A DNA stretch of 34,496 nucleotides from a virus. The stretch lies in the UHGV virus genome UHGV-0203090; one strand, given 5' to 3'. Of this stretch, positions 1 through 10,164 are shown in pieces (the first letter of the stretch is position 1; every line of letters begins with the position of its first letter). Under the pieces are notes generated by a model. The model saw nothing but the letters and a program-made list of their open reading frames with translations, did no database searches and was not told the origin of the DNA. The translations under genes were made by a program, and so were the position numbers.

Positions 1-12
1 ATGGAGAGCATA

Positions 13-381
13 ATGAACAAAAAAGATGAAAAATGGGTTTCTTTAATGGAATATGGTCACAAAATTGGTTGTCATCAGATGCCAGAAAGAAGTTTCTTTT
101 ACAAAGGATATCAGTTTCCAGTGTGTGCTAGATGTACAGGAGTAATAATTGGTGAAATTATATGTATAATAACTATATTAGTTAATATTAAATTAAGTAT
201 TATTTTATATACTGTATTATTACTTATTATGGGCTTAGATTGGTTTATTCAATATATAAATATATTAGAATCTAATAATATAAGAAGATTAATAACTGGT
301 ATTTTAGGAGGATTTGGTTTAACTGGTATATACTATTATGTAATAGTTAATTTAATTAAAATTTTAAAAAGTACTTTTTAG
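13..381 (+). CDS. DUF2085-like predicted membrane protein (moron gene 2)
   Basis: GCHQMPERSFF...FPVCARCTG motif plus hydrophobic segments. The true start is probably ATG at 13, which overlaps the TAA (11-13) of the ORF wrapping round from 34300. Confidence 0.8.
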   Translation: MNKKDEKWVSLMEYGHKIGCHQMPERSFFYKGYQFPVCARCTGVIIGEIICIITILVNIKLSIILYTVLLLIMGLDWFIQYINILESNNIRRLITGILGGFGLTGIYYYVIVNLIKILKSTF

Positions 382-390
382 AGGTATATA

Positions 391-516
391 ATGAAAAAAT
401 GGTATAAATGTCCAAATTGCGGAAAAAAATTAATAAAATATAATAAAGATGCTTATTCAAAAGGCGTCTTTTTTTTATGCAAAAATTGCAAAAAAGAAGT
501 AGAAATAAAAATTTAA
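391..516 (+). CDS. Small zinc-ribbon protein, Mu Com-like (41 aa, MKKWYKCPNCGKKL...FLCKNCKKEVEIKI)
   Basis: Not in the ORF track. GAGG RBS upstream, two CxxC pairs, typical Com-family layout ending in EIKI. Confidence 0.7.
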   Translation: MKKWYKCPNCGKKLIKYNKDAYSKGVFFLCKNCKKEVEIKI

Positions 517-580
517 AGTCTTTAAACTGAGCCAATGAGCCTGACTTATCTTAAGAAATGATAAGAAATGAGGTGAGAAT

Positions 581-3257
581 ATGGCTGATGGTTCAGTTAC
601 TATTGAAGTAACACTTACAAAAGATCAATTAGAAAAAGGTTTAAAAAGTTTAAAATCAACAATAAATAACGCATTGCCTGGCGCAAGTAAAACGCTATCT
701 AATTTTGCAAATGGATTTAGTAAAATAGGAGGTTTGGCAACAAGTGCAGGCAAAGCATGCAGCACAGTTACTGCATCAGTAACAGGTGTATTTACTGCTG
801 CAACTTTAAAGGCGAAAAATTTTATTACAACATATGAAGGAGCTATTAATTTATTTAAGAAAAAATTAGGTGAAACTGGTGCAAATGAAATGTATGATTC
901 GTTATTAAAAATTGCTAAAGCTTCTACATTTGCACAAGAGAGTATAGTTTCAGCCGGTCAAACCATGGTCGCTATGGGAATTGATGGTAAAAAGACAGCA
1001 AAATATATGCAACTTGTAACTGATGCTGTAGCGGGTATGGGCGGCAGTGGATCTGATATTGAGAGTTTAGCTCAAGCAATTGGTAAAATGAGTAATCAAG
1101 TTACATTGCACACTGATGATTTAAATCAGCTGGCCACACAAGGATTACCTGTTTGGGACGTACTTGCTAAAAAATACAATAAGACTAAAGAAGAAGTGCA
1201 AGACATGGCAAGTAGTGGACTTTTACCAGCTACAGAAACTTTGGATTATTTAACAGATGCACTAGAAGGGAATATTGAAGGATTTGAAAAATGGTCAGTC
1301 GCTGGGAATGCATTAAGTCAAAAAGGTGGCACTCTAAAGGGTGCTTTAGATGGTATAAATTCAAGTATTAGAAGTTTTGGACTTAATTTGCTAGGAATGA
1401 ATATAAATAAAGGACAATTAGGCAATTATCAAAAATTAATAAGTGTTGTAAATTTAGTAGGTAAAACTATAGAAAATGTAGGTAGTAAATTTTCATTTGT
1501 TGGAGATTGGATAGGGTCAGCATTAGATACAGCAAAATCAGCACTTGAAAGATTTAATGAAACTCTTAATGGTATGAGTCCAGAAAAATTGCAAATTATT
1601 GCAAAAGCTATATTAGGCGTTGCTACAGCAGGACCGGCTTTGCTTGGAGTTGGCAAAGGCTTTAGTACATTAAGTAGTGCGTTTAATGGATTAAGTGGTG
1701 GAGTAAAAATATTTGAGGGAATACCAGGGAAAGTAAGTGGATTGACAGGAATTATTAGCGGCTTGGGTGGTAAATTAGGAGGAGTTTCTAAAGTATTTAC
1801 TACATTTTTTAACGGTATTAATTCTGGTTTTAGTACTATGATTAGTGGTGGAGTTATTGGAAAATTTCAAACAATGCTTTCTGGACTAGGGAGTGGTATC
1901 CTAAACAGTTTTTCAACAATTGGTAGTTCAATAGGAGGTTTATTGTCACCAATAACAAGTGGATTTACTACTATGTTAGGAAAAGTACAACTTATAACTG
2001 GTTTAGGATTAGCAAAAGTTCAAAATTCATTTGGAGGACTGATTGATAAAATAGCACCAAATCTTTCATCAGGTTTAAGTAAAATAACAGGAGCTTTTGG
2101 AGGATTATTTGGTAAAATTGGTTCATCTATGGGTAGTTTTTTGCCGATATTTACAAAAGCATTTAATATAACAGCTATAGTAGGATTAGTTGTTGCAGGA
2201 CTAGGATTATTACAAAGTCAATTTGGCGAACAGATAAATAGTTTCCTTAGCATGGTAACTCAAAAAGGACCTGAAATAATAACTAATCTTATCAATGGAA
2301 TAATTAGTAAGATACCTGAATTAATAGCCAAAGGTGGAGAATTATTACAAAATTTACTAACCGCTATAATTGCAAATTTACCTGCTATAATACAGGGTGG
2401 TATACAGATTATTAGTTCTCTTGTTATTGGAATAGCTCAACAATTGCCAACATTAATTCCAATGGCACTGGAGGCTATTATAACAATAGTTACTAGTTTA
2501 TTAGATAATATTGATTTATTAATAGATGCGGCAATACAGCTTATAATGCGGATTAGCCGATGGACTTATACAAGCTTTACCTATTTTGATAGAAAAGGCT
2601 CCTGTTATAATTCAAAAATTGTTAGAAGCTTTAATAAGAAATGCCCCCAAAATTGTACAAGCTGCATGGGAATTGATAGTAAAATTAGCAAATGGAATTA
2701 TAAATTGTTTGCCTAGCATTGTACAGGCTGCATTCGAAATAATTCAAGCAATTTGGAATGTACTCAAGGAATTACCAAACAAAGCTTTGCAGTGGGGAAA
2801 AGATATGATACAAGGTTTTATTAATGGAATAAAGTCAATGTTGGGAAATATAGGAGACGCAGCAAAAAATGTAGGTAGTAAAATTAGGGAATTTTTACAC
2901 TTTTCTAGACCGGATAAAGGACCTTTGAGAGAATATGAGACTTGGATGCCTGATATGATAAAAGGGCTAACAAAAACTTTGAATGCAAGTTCACCTGAGC
3001 TATATAATGCGAGCAAGAATTTATCAGAAAAAATTGCAAATGGATTAGATATATCAAATATATATGACAAAATGAGTTCTGCAGTTAATTTTGAAACACA
3101 AAGATTAAGTGCTAACTTAAGTACAACAGCAAATGTAAATAGAAATTTAAATGTAAACTTAAATCAATCAAAATCTGATGTGATTCTAGATGGACGAAAA
3201 GTAGGGCAAAGTGTTTCACCATATATGTCGCAAACTTTAAGAATTTCGGGGGTATAA
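581..3257 (+). CDS. Tail tape measure protein, with +1 frameshift at CGG 2549-2551 (fused product about 891 aa)
   Basis: MADGSVTIE N-terminus, tape-measure domain and G/hydrophobic repeats. Skipping C2549 joins ORF 581-2716 to ORF 2586-3257 and keeps the repeat pattern (IQLIM-GLADGLIQALPILIEKAP). C-terminal HFSRPDKGPL motif. Confidence 0.9.
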
Positions 3258-3258
3258 T

Positions 3259-4767
3259 ATGACTTATTTACAATATAGTGGTAAGAAGTTTAAAATATTA
3301 AATGAATATTCATTAAATACGTCAAGTAGGCAAGTAACATTTTCGGATTTGACAATAGATTTTACAGATAAAACTTTAAATGACTTACCTATTAAGTACC
3401 AAGAAGTACAAATAAAAAAAAATAATACAGTAATTTATACTGGATATGTTAATAGTTTTACTCTGCCTAGTATGAAGCAAAGTGATAATGAATTTAGAGA
3501 GCTTGAAATCAATTTGTTATCACCTATGCAAATGGCTACAAATAAAGTTGTTACAATAACAGGTACATACAAATTAACAGATGTAATAGAGAGGGCTTTT
3601 AGCCCTCTTATTCTTGATGGATTTGAGATAAAAGAATTAAATGTGCGAAATGGTCAAAAAACAGTTAATTTTTTAATGCAAACAACCGAGTTTGTTATGA
3701 ATAGCTTATCTAATAGTGAGAGCTTGTGGTGGTATATAGACGAAAATAAAGGTATACATGTAAATGCTATTGATTATCAATTTGGGTTATTACCTAAAAT
3801 GAATTTAACACATGATGAAAAAGTAGAAGGGCTGTTAAGTATAACACCTTGTGTAGAAGCAGTAAATTATGCAAATGTAATTAATGTGAAAAATGCAAGA
3901 GTGTATTTTAGTAGCTGGTATTATTCATATTATGATTCAAAATTAAATAATAAACCGCTCTTTGAAGCTAAAACCTTGAAAAAAGGTGATACTATTGACT
4001 TCAATTATCCTTTTGATATTTCAGAAACAACTATTAGAAAAATAAAAGAAAGTGATACACATTCACGTTCAACTGAATATTATAATTTTGACATTATTTT
4101 AAGCAATAATAAAGAATACTCTATAGCTTTAATTGAAAATGAATATAAAATTTCTGAAGGAATAAGTTTTTCTGAAAATGATAAAGAGATAATTACATTA
4201 AAAAGAGATAATTTTTTTAAAAATTTAATAACAGGGCTCACTTACAATGGAGATCAACAAGTTACAATACAAACATTAAAGAGTGAAACTGCTTTAGAAT
4301 ATAAGACAATGAAATTTGTTAATTCTCAAGAAATCGAGTCAAACAAAGGAAAAATTACAAAATCTGGTGTAATAGAAAAAACTGTTGATATGAATGAGAG
4401 ATGGTTTTTTGCAGATGATTTAGTTTCTGAAGTAAGAAGCATGATGTATAACAATTCAAATCAAACCAATATTTTAAAATTAGAATTTGATAAAAATAAG
4501 AATTTAAGTATTGGTGACATCATCAGAGTGGATTTGCCTAAATTTTTAACACAAGGAGAATATATTATAACAGATATAACTTTTACACATTCAAACGTTG
4601 AAAATTGGAATATAACTTTAAGAAGTTCAGATGTTTTAGAAAATTTTATTGATTTATTCAGAGAAAAAGAAAAACAAGAAAATAATGAACAAGTTGAAAC
4701 TGTAATTATTTCAGAATATGTAGAAGAAAAAATTAAAGAAATTCACGAGGTGATAAAAAATGGCTAA
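3259..4767 (+). CDS. Tail protein (baseplate hub/tail tip-like)
   Basis: 502 aa ORF directly after tape measure. IYTGYV, WWYIDEN and IGDIIRV...YIITDI motifs resemble phage tail hub proteins. Confidence 0.6.
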   Translation: MTYLQYSGKKFKILNEYSLNTSSRQVTFSDLTIDFTDKTLNDLPIKYQEVQIKKNNTVIYTGYVNSFTLPSMKQSDNEFRELEINLLSPMQMATNKVVTITGTYKLTDVIERAFSPLILDGFEIKELNVRNGQKTVNFLMQTTEFVMNSLSNSESLWWYIDENKGIHVNAIDYQFGLLPKMNLTHDEKVEGLLSITPCVEAVNYANVINVKNARVYFSSWYYSYYDSKLNNKPLFEAKTLKKGDTIDFNYPFDISETTIRKIKESDTHSRSTEYYNFDIILSNNKEYSIALIENEYKISEGISFSENDKEIITLKRDNFFKNLITGLTYNGDQQVTIQTLKSETALEYKTMKFVNSQEIESNKGKITKSGVIEKTVDMNERWFFADDLVSEVRSMMYNNSNQTNILKLEFDKNKNLSIGDIIRVDLPKFLTQGEYIITDITFTHSNVENWNITLRSSDVLENFIDLFREKEKQENNEQVETVIISEYVEEKIKEIHEVIKNG

Positions 4768-5767
4768 AATAAAAAATGTAATGGTAAATATACAAATAGG
4801 GAAAAAAGAGTATTGCTTTAAAAATCTTATTTTGAATACTTTGCTTGAAAATTATGCATTAAATCTTATAAATCATTATAATCATTTTAATTATTCAAAG
4901 AGGTTATCTCATTGTTTAATAAAATTTAGTGATTTTGAAAATATTAATGAAAATTCAACTATTATGAATAATGAATTTGATATTTGTATTCTTAATACAT
5001 CAACTGAAACAGTAGCTTCAAAGAATAAGATAACAAACAAATATGTTTGTTATACAGAAGACAACTATATTTATGACTATAATAAAAAAACTGCTCAAAA
5101 TATAAAAATAAGTGATTATAATGGAAAAAAAATACACTGGCTAGGTTTTTCTGCAACATTTTCTTACGCAGTAAAAACTTTTGCTGTTTTAGATGTATCT
5201 AATTACGATATATATATACAAGGCGACGAAGAGATAAGAATTACAAGAATAGATGAAATATCTACAAATGCGATTTTTACAAGTTTACATGAAAAAATAA
5301 AAGCTCCTATTCATTTATATCCAAGTAATATACCCGGTTTACTTCCAGCTCAAACGTTTACAAATGGAAGCTTAAGCACTACAATATATAATGATTCATA
5401 TGCCAAGTTAACAAATTTTGGATTTGGAAATACAGCTGAAAATATAGAATTGGAATATGATATTGATGGAAATTATGAAGTAAATGAAAATATATTTTCA
5501 ATAAAAAACATATGGTCGCCTAAAGGATTATATCCAAGCGAAAATCTATATCCAAGCGAAAATTTATATCCAGATTTAAAATCTTTTAACTATTTAATAT
5601 TAAAATTTAAATTATATCAAGATGTTATAGAAGATGATGCAACATATGATGATGTAATAAATGATAGAAAAATAATAACAAAATATACAGAAGCTCAATA
5701 TTTACAAGCAATACCTTTAGATAAAAAAGGGAATATCGATTTAAATATAAAATACGAAAGGGGGTAA
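4760..5767 (+). CDS. Putative tail/baseplate protein
   Basis: Overlapping start in the tail operon. Contains LYPSEN repeats seen in Firmicutes phage tail proteins. Confidence 0.55.
   Translation: MAKIKNVMVNIQIGKKEYCFKNLILNTLLENYALNLINHYNHFNYSKRLSHCLIKFSDFENINENSTIMNNEFDICILNTSTETVASKNKITNKYVCYTEDNYIYDYNKKTAQNIKISDYNGKKIHWLGFSATFSYAVKTFAVLDVSNYDIYIQGDEEIRITRIDEISTNAIFTSLHEKIKAPIHLYPSNIPGLLPAQTFTNGSLSTTIYNDSYAKLTNFGFGNTAENIELEYDIDGNYEVNENIFSIKNIWSPKGLYPSENLYPSENLYPDLKSFNYLILKFKLYQDVIEDDATYDDVINDRKIITKYTEAQYLQAIPLDKKGNIDLNIKYERG
5531..5572 (+). repeat. 18-bp tandem repeat encoding (L)YPSEN x2 + LYP
   Basis: tatccaagcgaaaatcta / tatccaagcgaaaattta / tatcca. Confidence 0.9.
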
Positions 5768-5771
5768 CAAT

Positions 5772-6614
5772 ATGGATGAAATGGAATTTATAGAATTTGA
5801 AAACTTACCATCAAATAAAACACCAATTGATGCAGATAATTTAAATAAAATACAAAAAAATGCAAAAAAAGCTATAAAAAATAGAAAACCTGCAATTGAA
5901 CTATTAACAGTATCAAGCACAGCGCCTTCAACGTGTGTTGTGGGTGATAAATATTACAATACAACAACATCAAAAATATATACAGCAATTGCAACAAACA
6001 CATGGGCAACAACTGGAGAAAATCCAAGCAATTTATATTTGTACGCAGACTTAGAGCATAAAGAATTGTATTATTACGATGGAGCTGACTTTAAAAGTTA
6101 TGGAAGTGGTAAAAAAGAAGTAGGATATGCTGATGAACAATTAGAAGGAACAGAAGTAATATTAATAGAAGATAGTGATTTTAATGGAGAAAATTCAGTT
6201 GAATTAGCAAAAGTTGAACAAAATTTAACTAGCAATAGTGAAAATGCAGTACCAAGCGTGAAAGCTGTTAATGATGGTATTAAAACAAACATAGTGACAG
6301 GACAAGAAGTTGCAACAAATGAATATGTAGATGGAAAGAGAGTGTATGTAAAGAGAATTGAGTTTACTATGCCTACAACATTAAACACATGGGCATCTAT
6401 TGCACAATTAGATAATACAGTAGATACAATTATATATAAAGAATTAAGATTTAAAGTTAATTATGAAGAATATGATATTCCTTACAGCTACAATAACGAA
6501 GCAATTGCTTGTTATTTTAATAGCAATACAAAAAAATTATATATAAATCAAAATTATGAATATCCAAAGGCAAAATCAGGTTGGGGAATATTAAAATACA
6601 CAAAAAATACATAA
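5772..6614 (+). CDS. Tail fibre/receptor-binding-like protein 1
   Basis: N-terminal FENLPSNKTPIDADNLNKIQ motif. C-terminal domain (TNEYVDGKRVYVK...YTKNT) typical of phage fibre tips. Confidence 0.65.
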   Translation: MDEMEFIEFENLPSNKTPIDADNLNKIQKNAKKAIKNRKPAIELLTVSSTAPSTCVVGDKYYNTTTSKIYTAIATNTWATTGENPSNLYLYADLEHKELYYYDGADFKSYGSGKKEVGYADEQLEGTEVILIEDSDFNGENSVELAKVEQNLTSNSENAVPSVKAVNDGIKTNIVTGQEVATNEYVDGKRVYVKRIEFTMPTTLNTWASIAQLDNTVDTIIYKELRFKVNYEEYDIPYSYNNEAIACYFNSNTKKLYINQNYEYPKAKSGWGILKYTKNT

Positions 6615-6627
6615 AGGAGGTTAAACT

Positions 6628-7602
6628 ATGAAAATATTGGATAAAACAACACAAACATATAAAGAGCTAGTATTAAGACCCGGTGGCGACACGTTACCAA
6701 TTGGTTCAATAGTAGCATTTTCAGGAGAAAATATTCCAAACGGTTGGTTATTGTGCGATGGTAGTGTAGTGAGTAGAACAACATACTCTGAATTATTTAA
6801 TGCAATTGGATTAAATTATGTTGAAGATGGAGTTGAATGGCTAGATGAAGAAAGATTCCCTCTGCCAAACGCAAAAGGTCGTACTTTAGTTGGAAAAGAT
6901 AGCACTGACACAGACTTTAACACACTAGGTAAAACAGCCGGAGAAAAGACACATACATTAACAGTCAATGAAATGGCTAGTCATACGCATGATGTAGCAA
7001 TTGCGGTTAATAATACAGTGCCGGGCGGCGCAAGATACTTTTTTAATTCAGCTGGTACAACAAGTGCTCCAATTTCAGACACAGCTGCTTGGTCAAACTC
7101 TCTAACAGCCAAAGCCACAGGTGGAGGTCAAGCACATAATAACTTACAACCTTCTTTAACACTAAATTATATCATAAAAGCAAAAAATATAGTAGTCGTA
7201 AAAGGCGAGGTTATACAAGAAAATGGCACAGCAAATGAAAATAATACATATAGTGCTAAAGCTATTGATAATAAATTAAAGACAAACATAGTGATAGGAC
7301 AAGAATTTGAAACTGGTAGAGTAATTGACGGAAAAAAAGAATTTGGTAAAAAAATTAGCATTGGTTCTTTGCCGAACGCTGCAAGAAAAATAGTAGAAAC
7401 CGGTTTAACTGATGTAAAAGTAACTAAGCTTTATGGAATGGCAAGAGATTCAACTTTACAAATACCACTTCCATTTGTTTACCCGGAGCTACCGAGTTGC
7501 ATAGGATTAATGTATGTAAACGGTAATATATACATAAATACGGGTAGTGATAGAACTGGTTTAACAGGTGAAATTACTATATATTATACAAAAAATACAT
7601 AA
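6628..7602 (+). CDS. Tail fibre protein with phage tail collar domain
   Basis: LPIGSIVAFSGENIPNGWLLCDGSVVSRTTYSELF collar motif, GEKTHTLT and HNNLQP motifs. C-terminal domain is paralogous to that of 5772-6614. Confidence 0.85.
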   Translation: MKILDKTTQTYKELVLRPGGDTLPIGSIVAFSGENIPNGWLLCDGSVVSRTTYSELFNAIGLNYVEDGVEWLDEERFPLPNAKGRTLVGKDSTDTDFNTLGKTAGEKTHTLTVNEMASHTHDVAIAVNNTVPGGARYFFNSAGTTSAPISDTAAWSNSLTAKATGGGQAHNNLQPSLTLNYIIKAKNIVVVKGEVIQENGTANENNTYSAKAIDNKLKTNIVIGQEFETGRVIDGKKEFGKKISIGSLPNAARKIVETGLTDVKVTKLYGMARDSTLQIPLPFVYPELPSCIGLMYVNGNIYINTGSDRTGLTGEITIYYTKNT

Positions 7603-7664
7603 TAGGAGTGATTTGATATGATAAACAAAGATATTAATATAGATGAAAGCGGGGTGTAAACAAA

Positions 7665-7886
7665 ATGAATGACAATTCAATTTTACTCCTGCTTGGTTTT
7701 ATTGTAACTTTAATTTCAGTAATGACGCCAATTATTAAACTAAATAGTTCTATTACAAAATTAAACGCAACAATAGATAGTCTAGATAGAAACATGGCGA
7801 AAAGTCAAGCAGATATAAAAGAGCATGATGAAAAAATAAATGATCATGAAACAAGAATAACAGTTTTAGAAAAAGAAAAGAGGTGA
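7665..7886 (+). CDS. Lysis-module membrane-anchored coiled-coil protein (XhlA-like/holin-associated)
   Basis: N-terminal transmembrane segment, then HETRITVLE. Lies before holin and endolysin. Confidence 0.6.
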   Translation: MNDNSILLLLGFIVTLISVMTPIIKLNSSITKLNATIDSLDRNMAKSQADIKEHDEKINDHETRITVLEKEKR

Positions 7887-7890
7887 TAGT

Positions 7891-8082
7891 ATGAAAAAAC
7901 TACTAGATGTTAAGAGTATTGTAACATTAGCATTAACACTTGTATTTTGTGTACTAGCGTGTAGAAAAATAATAAACGCAGAACAATTTCTAACAATATT
8001 TACAACAATAATTGCATTTTATTTTGGAACACAATATCAGAAAAATGTAGAAACTAAAAATCAAGAAAATAACGAAAAATAG
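7891..8082 (+). CDS. Putative holin (2 TM)
   Basis: 63 aa, two hydrophobic helices, IIAFYFGTQ motif and charged tail. Upstream of endolysin. Confidence 0.7.
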   Translation: MKKLLDVKSIVTLALTLVFCVLACRKIINAEQFLTIFTTIIAFYFGTQYQKNVETKNQENNEK

Positions 8083-8240
8083 CGAGGTGTAATTACTATA
8101 CCTTGCTTATTTTAACGTCTTAAAATCGATTTTAGAACGTCAATTATGTAAAATAAAAAAGGGAGTGGTAATATGGAAAACGAAGATATAGTAGATTACA
8201 ATGAGTTCACAGAACATGGCGAAAAAGGAGCTGAAGAATA

Positions 8241-9362
8241 ATGAATATACAAAATGCATATTTAAGTATTAATCAATATTCAAGACCAGGTATTAAAAGA
8301 CAAGCAACAAAAAAATTAGTGATACATTGGGTAGGAAATGCTGGTTCAAGTGCAATGGGAAATAGAAATTATTTTGAAAGTTTAAAATATAAAAAAATAT
8401 ATGCCAGTTCACAATTTATAATTGGATTAAATGGGGAAGTAATTGCTTGTATGCCTGAAGATGAGGTAGCTTATCATGCTATAAATTATAATTTAAATTC
8501 TATTGGAATTGAAAATTGCCATCAAGATTGGGGCGGTAAATTTAATGATAAAACATATAGCAGCTTGATTGAACTACTTACATACTTATGTAAAAAATAT
8601 GGATTAAATCAAAATGATATAATAAGACATTATGATGCAACTGGTAAAGTTTGTCCTAAATATTATGTTGAACATCAAGATGCTTTTGAACAATTAAAAG
8701 CTGATGTAGCAAATAAATTAGAAAATAATTATACAAAACAAGTTGTTAATGTATCACCAATTACAAGTAATAGTTATGACACATATAGAGTATGTTACAA
8801 TGGTACAAATATAAGACGTGGAGCTTCTTTAAATTCAGCAGTAGCATATCAAAAAAATCGTGGTGAAGAAGTACATGTAGTAGGTTCTGAAAATGGATTC
8901 TACAAGCTTGATGATGGCAACTATATAAGAATGGGTTATGCTTATAAAACATCCTCAGCTGCAGTACAATCAGGTTCAAACTATAGAGTACTATACAATG
9001 TAACTAATATAAGAAAAGGTCCAGGACTAGGATATGGTGTAGCATATCAAAAAAATAGTGGAGATATAGTAACAGTTGTTGGAACTGAAAATGATTTTTA
9101 TAAATTAAACGATGGAAATTATTTAAGAATAGGATACGCTGAAAAAACAAGTGGTGGAAACACACAAAGTTCAAATAATGGTGCAGAACGATATAGAGTA
9201 AATTCAGAATATCCAAATATAAGGGCAAAATCAAGTTTAAATTCACAAGTTGTAAGACTTGCAAAAAAAGGTGAAATCATAAATGTTATAGGAAAAGAAA
9301 ATGGCTTCTTAAAACTAAGCGATGGAACATATTTAAAAGAAGGATTTGCCGATAAAATATAG
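8241..9362 (+). CDS. Endolysin: N-acetylmuramoyl-L-alanine amidase (Amidase_2) with three SH3b-like repeats
   Basis: VIHWVGN, AYHA, SIGIENCH, IIRHYDATGKVCP motifs. Three C-terminal YRV...NIR.G repeats. Confidence 0.9.
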   Translation: MNIQNAYLSINQYSRPGIKRQATKKLVIHWVGNAGSSAMGNRNYFESLKYKKIYASSQFIIGLNGEVIACMPEDEVAYHAINYNLNSIGIENCHQDWGGKFNDKTYSSLIELLTYLCKKYGLNQNDIIRHYDATGKVCPKYYVEHQDAFEQLKADVANKLENNYTKQVVNVSPITSNSYDTYRVCYNGTNIRRGASLNSAVAYQKNRGEEVHVVGSENGFYKLDDGNYIRMGYAYKTSSAAVQSGSNYRVLYNVTNIRKGPGLGYGVAYQKNSGDIVTVVGTENDFYKLNDGNYLRIGYAEKTSGGNTQSSNNGAERYRVNSEYPNIRAKSSLNSQVVRLAKKGEIINVIGKENGFLKLSDGTYLKEGFADKI

Positions 9363-9455
9363 ATTTTAATACTAATGTTTAAACTTTGTCTACTTTTGTC
9401 GAAAGTATATACAAGTATACATAAAAATGATATAATAAAAATGGGAAGTGATAAA

Positions 9456-9602
9456 ATGAAGAAATATAATATACTACTATCACTTAATAAGAAGAAAAAT
9501 AAATTAAATGAACTTGTATTAAAAAAGAAATTAAGTAGTAAAGTGATAATACATTTAAGTCAAGAAATAGATGAATTACAAAATAAATTAGAGCAGACTT
9601 AG
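9456..9602 (+). CDS. Spo0E-like aspartyl-phosphate phosphatase family protein (48 aa)
   Basis: Two-helix layout with LSQEIDEL, matching the Spo0E SQELD signature. Start placed at ATG 9456. Own extended -10 (TGATATAAT, 9428-9436) and TGTCGAA box upstream. Confidence 0.7.
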   Translation: MKKYNILLSLNKKKNKLNELVLKKKLSSKVIIHLSQEIDELQNKLEQT

Positions 9603-9612
9603 TTCTGCTCTT
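9590..9612. terminator. Probable bidirectional terminator hairpin between convergent genes
   Basis: AGAGCAGAC-TTA-GTTCTGCTCT inverted repeat. Confidence 0.65.
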
Positions 9613-9627
9613 TATATTTATCTAAAA

Positions 9628-10062
9628 TTAATCTTCACTTGACATATCTTCTAAGTAATCTAAATATTCATCAATTGTTACATAATCATCATCATCTTTT
9701 AAATCTGAACTTTCTTGTGCTGCTCTTACACCATCTTGTAGAAATTCTAATAATTTCCAAACATGTTCTATACCCATGTCTAGCATTCTATCAATTTGAT
9801 CTCCTGACATCATTTTTCTTAATTCTTCACTTGTCATGTCCAATATTTCTTTTACTTTTAATGTTCTCATGCTATCTATTCCTACTTTTATTTTGTATTT
9901 TTTTGCATAATCAATTGCTTCTTCAATACTTTTATCGTTATATCTTGATACTTTATAAAACATACCATTTTCTTTTTGTCTTTTTAATTCATAAATAGCA
10001 CCTTTTTCTATTTCAATTACTTTATAATTTATTCCATTCACTTCAAATATTTTCTCTTTCAT
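9628..10062 (-). CDS. Hypothetical accessory protein with acidic C-terminus
   Basis: Open frame with AAGGAG RBS before ATG at 10062. No recognisable family. Confidence 0.75.
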   Translation of the reverse strand: MKEKIFEVNGINYKVIEIEKGAIYELKRQKENGMFYKVSRYNDKSIEEAIDYAKKYKIKVGIDSMRTLKVKEILDMTSEELRKMMSGDQIDRMLDMGIEHVWKLLEFLQDGVRAAQESSDLKDDDDYVTIDEYLDYLEDMSSED

Positions 10063-10164
10063 TTTAAACACTCCTTTTTTTATATTATAACATTTAAATT
10101 TGTCGAAACATGTCGATAGCGTTTTTCTTTGTGCTTCACTGCACTTTATCTCTTTGATAATATT

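Noticed and set aside
1..12. ATG at position 1 as the start of the DUF2085-like gene
   Set aside because: These bases complete the ORF wrapping from 34300 (K-W-R-A-stop). The coupled ATG at 13 is the more plausible start.
5772..7602. Diversity-generating retroelement or invertible shufflon at the tail fibres
   Set aside because: There is no reverse transcriptase or invertase. The repeats are short and direct, and there is no long template/variable pair differing only at adenines.
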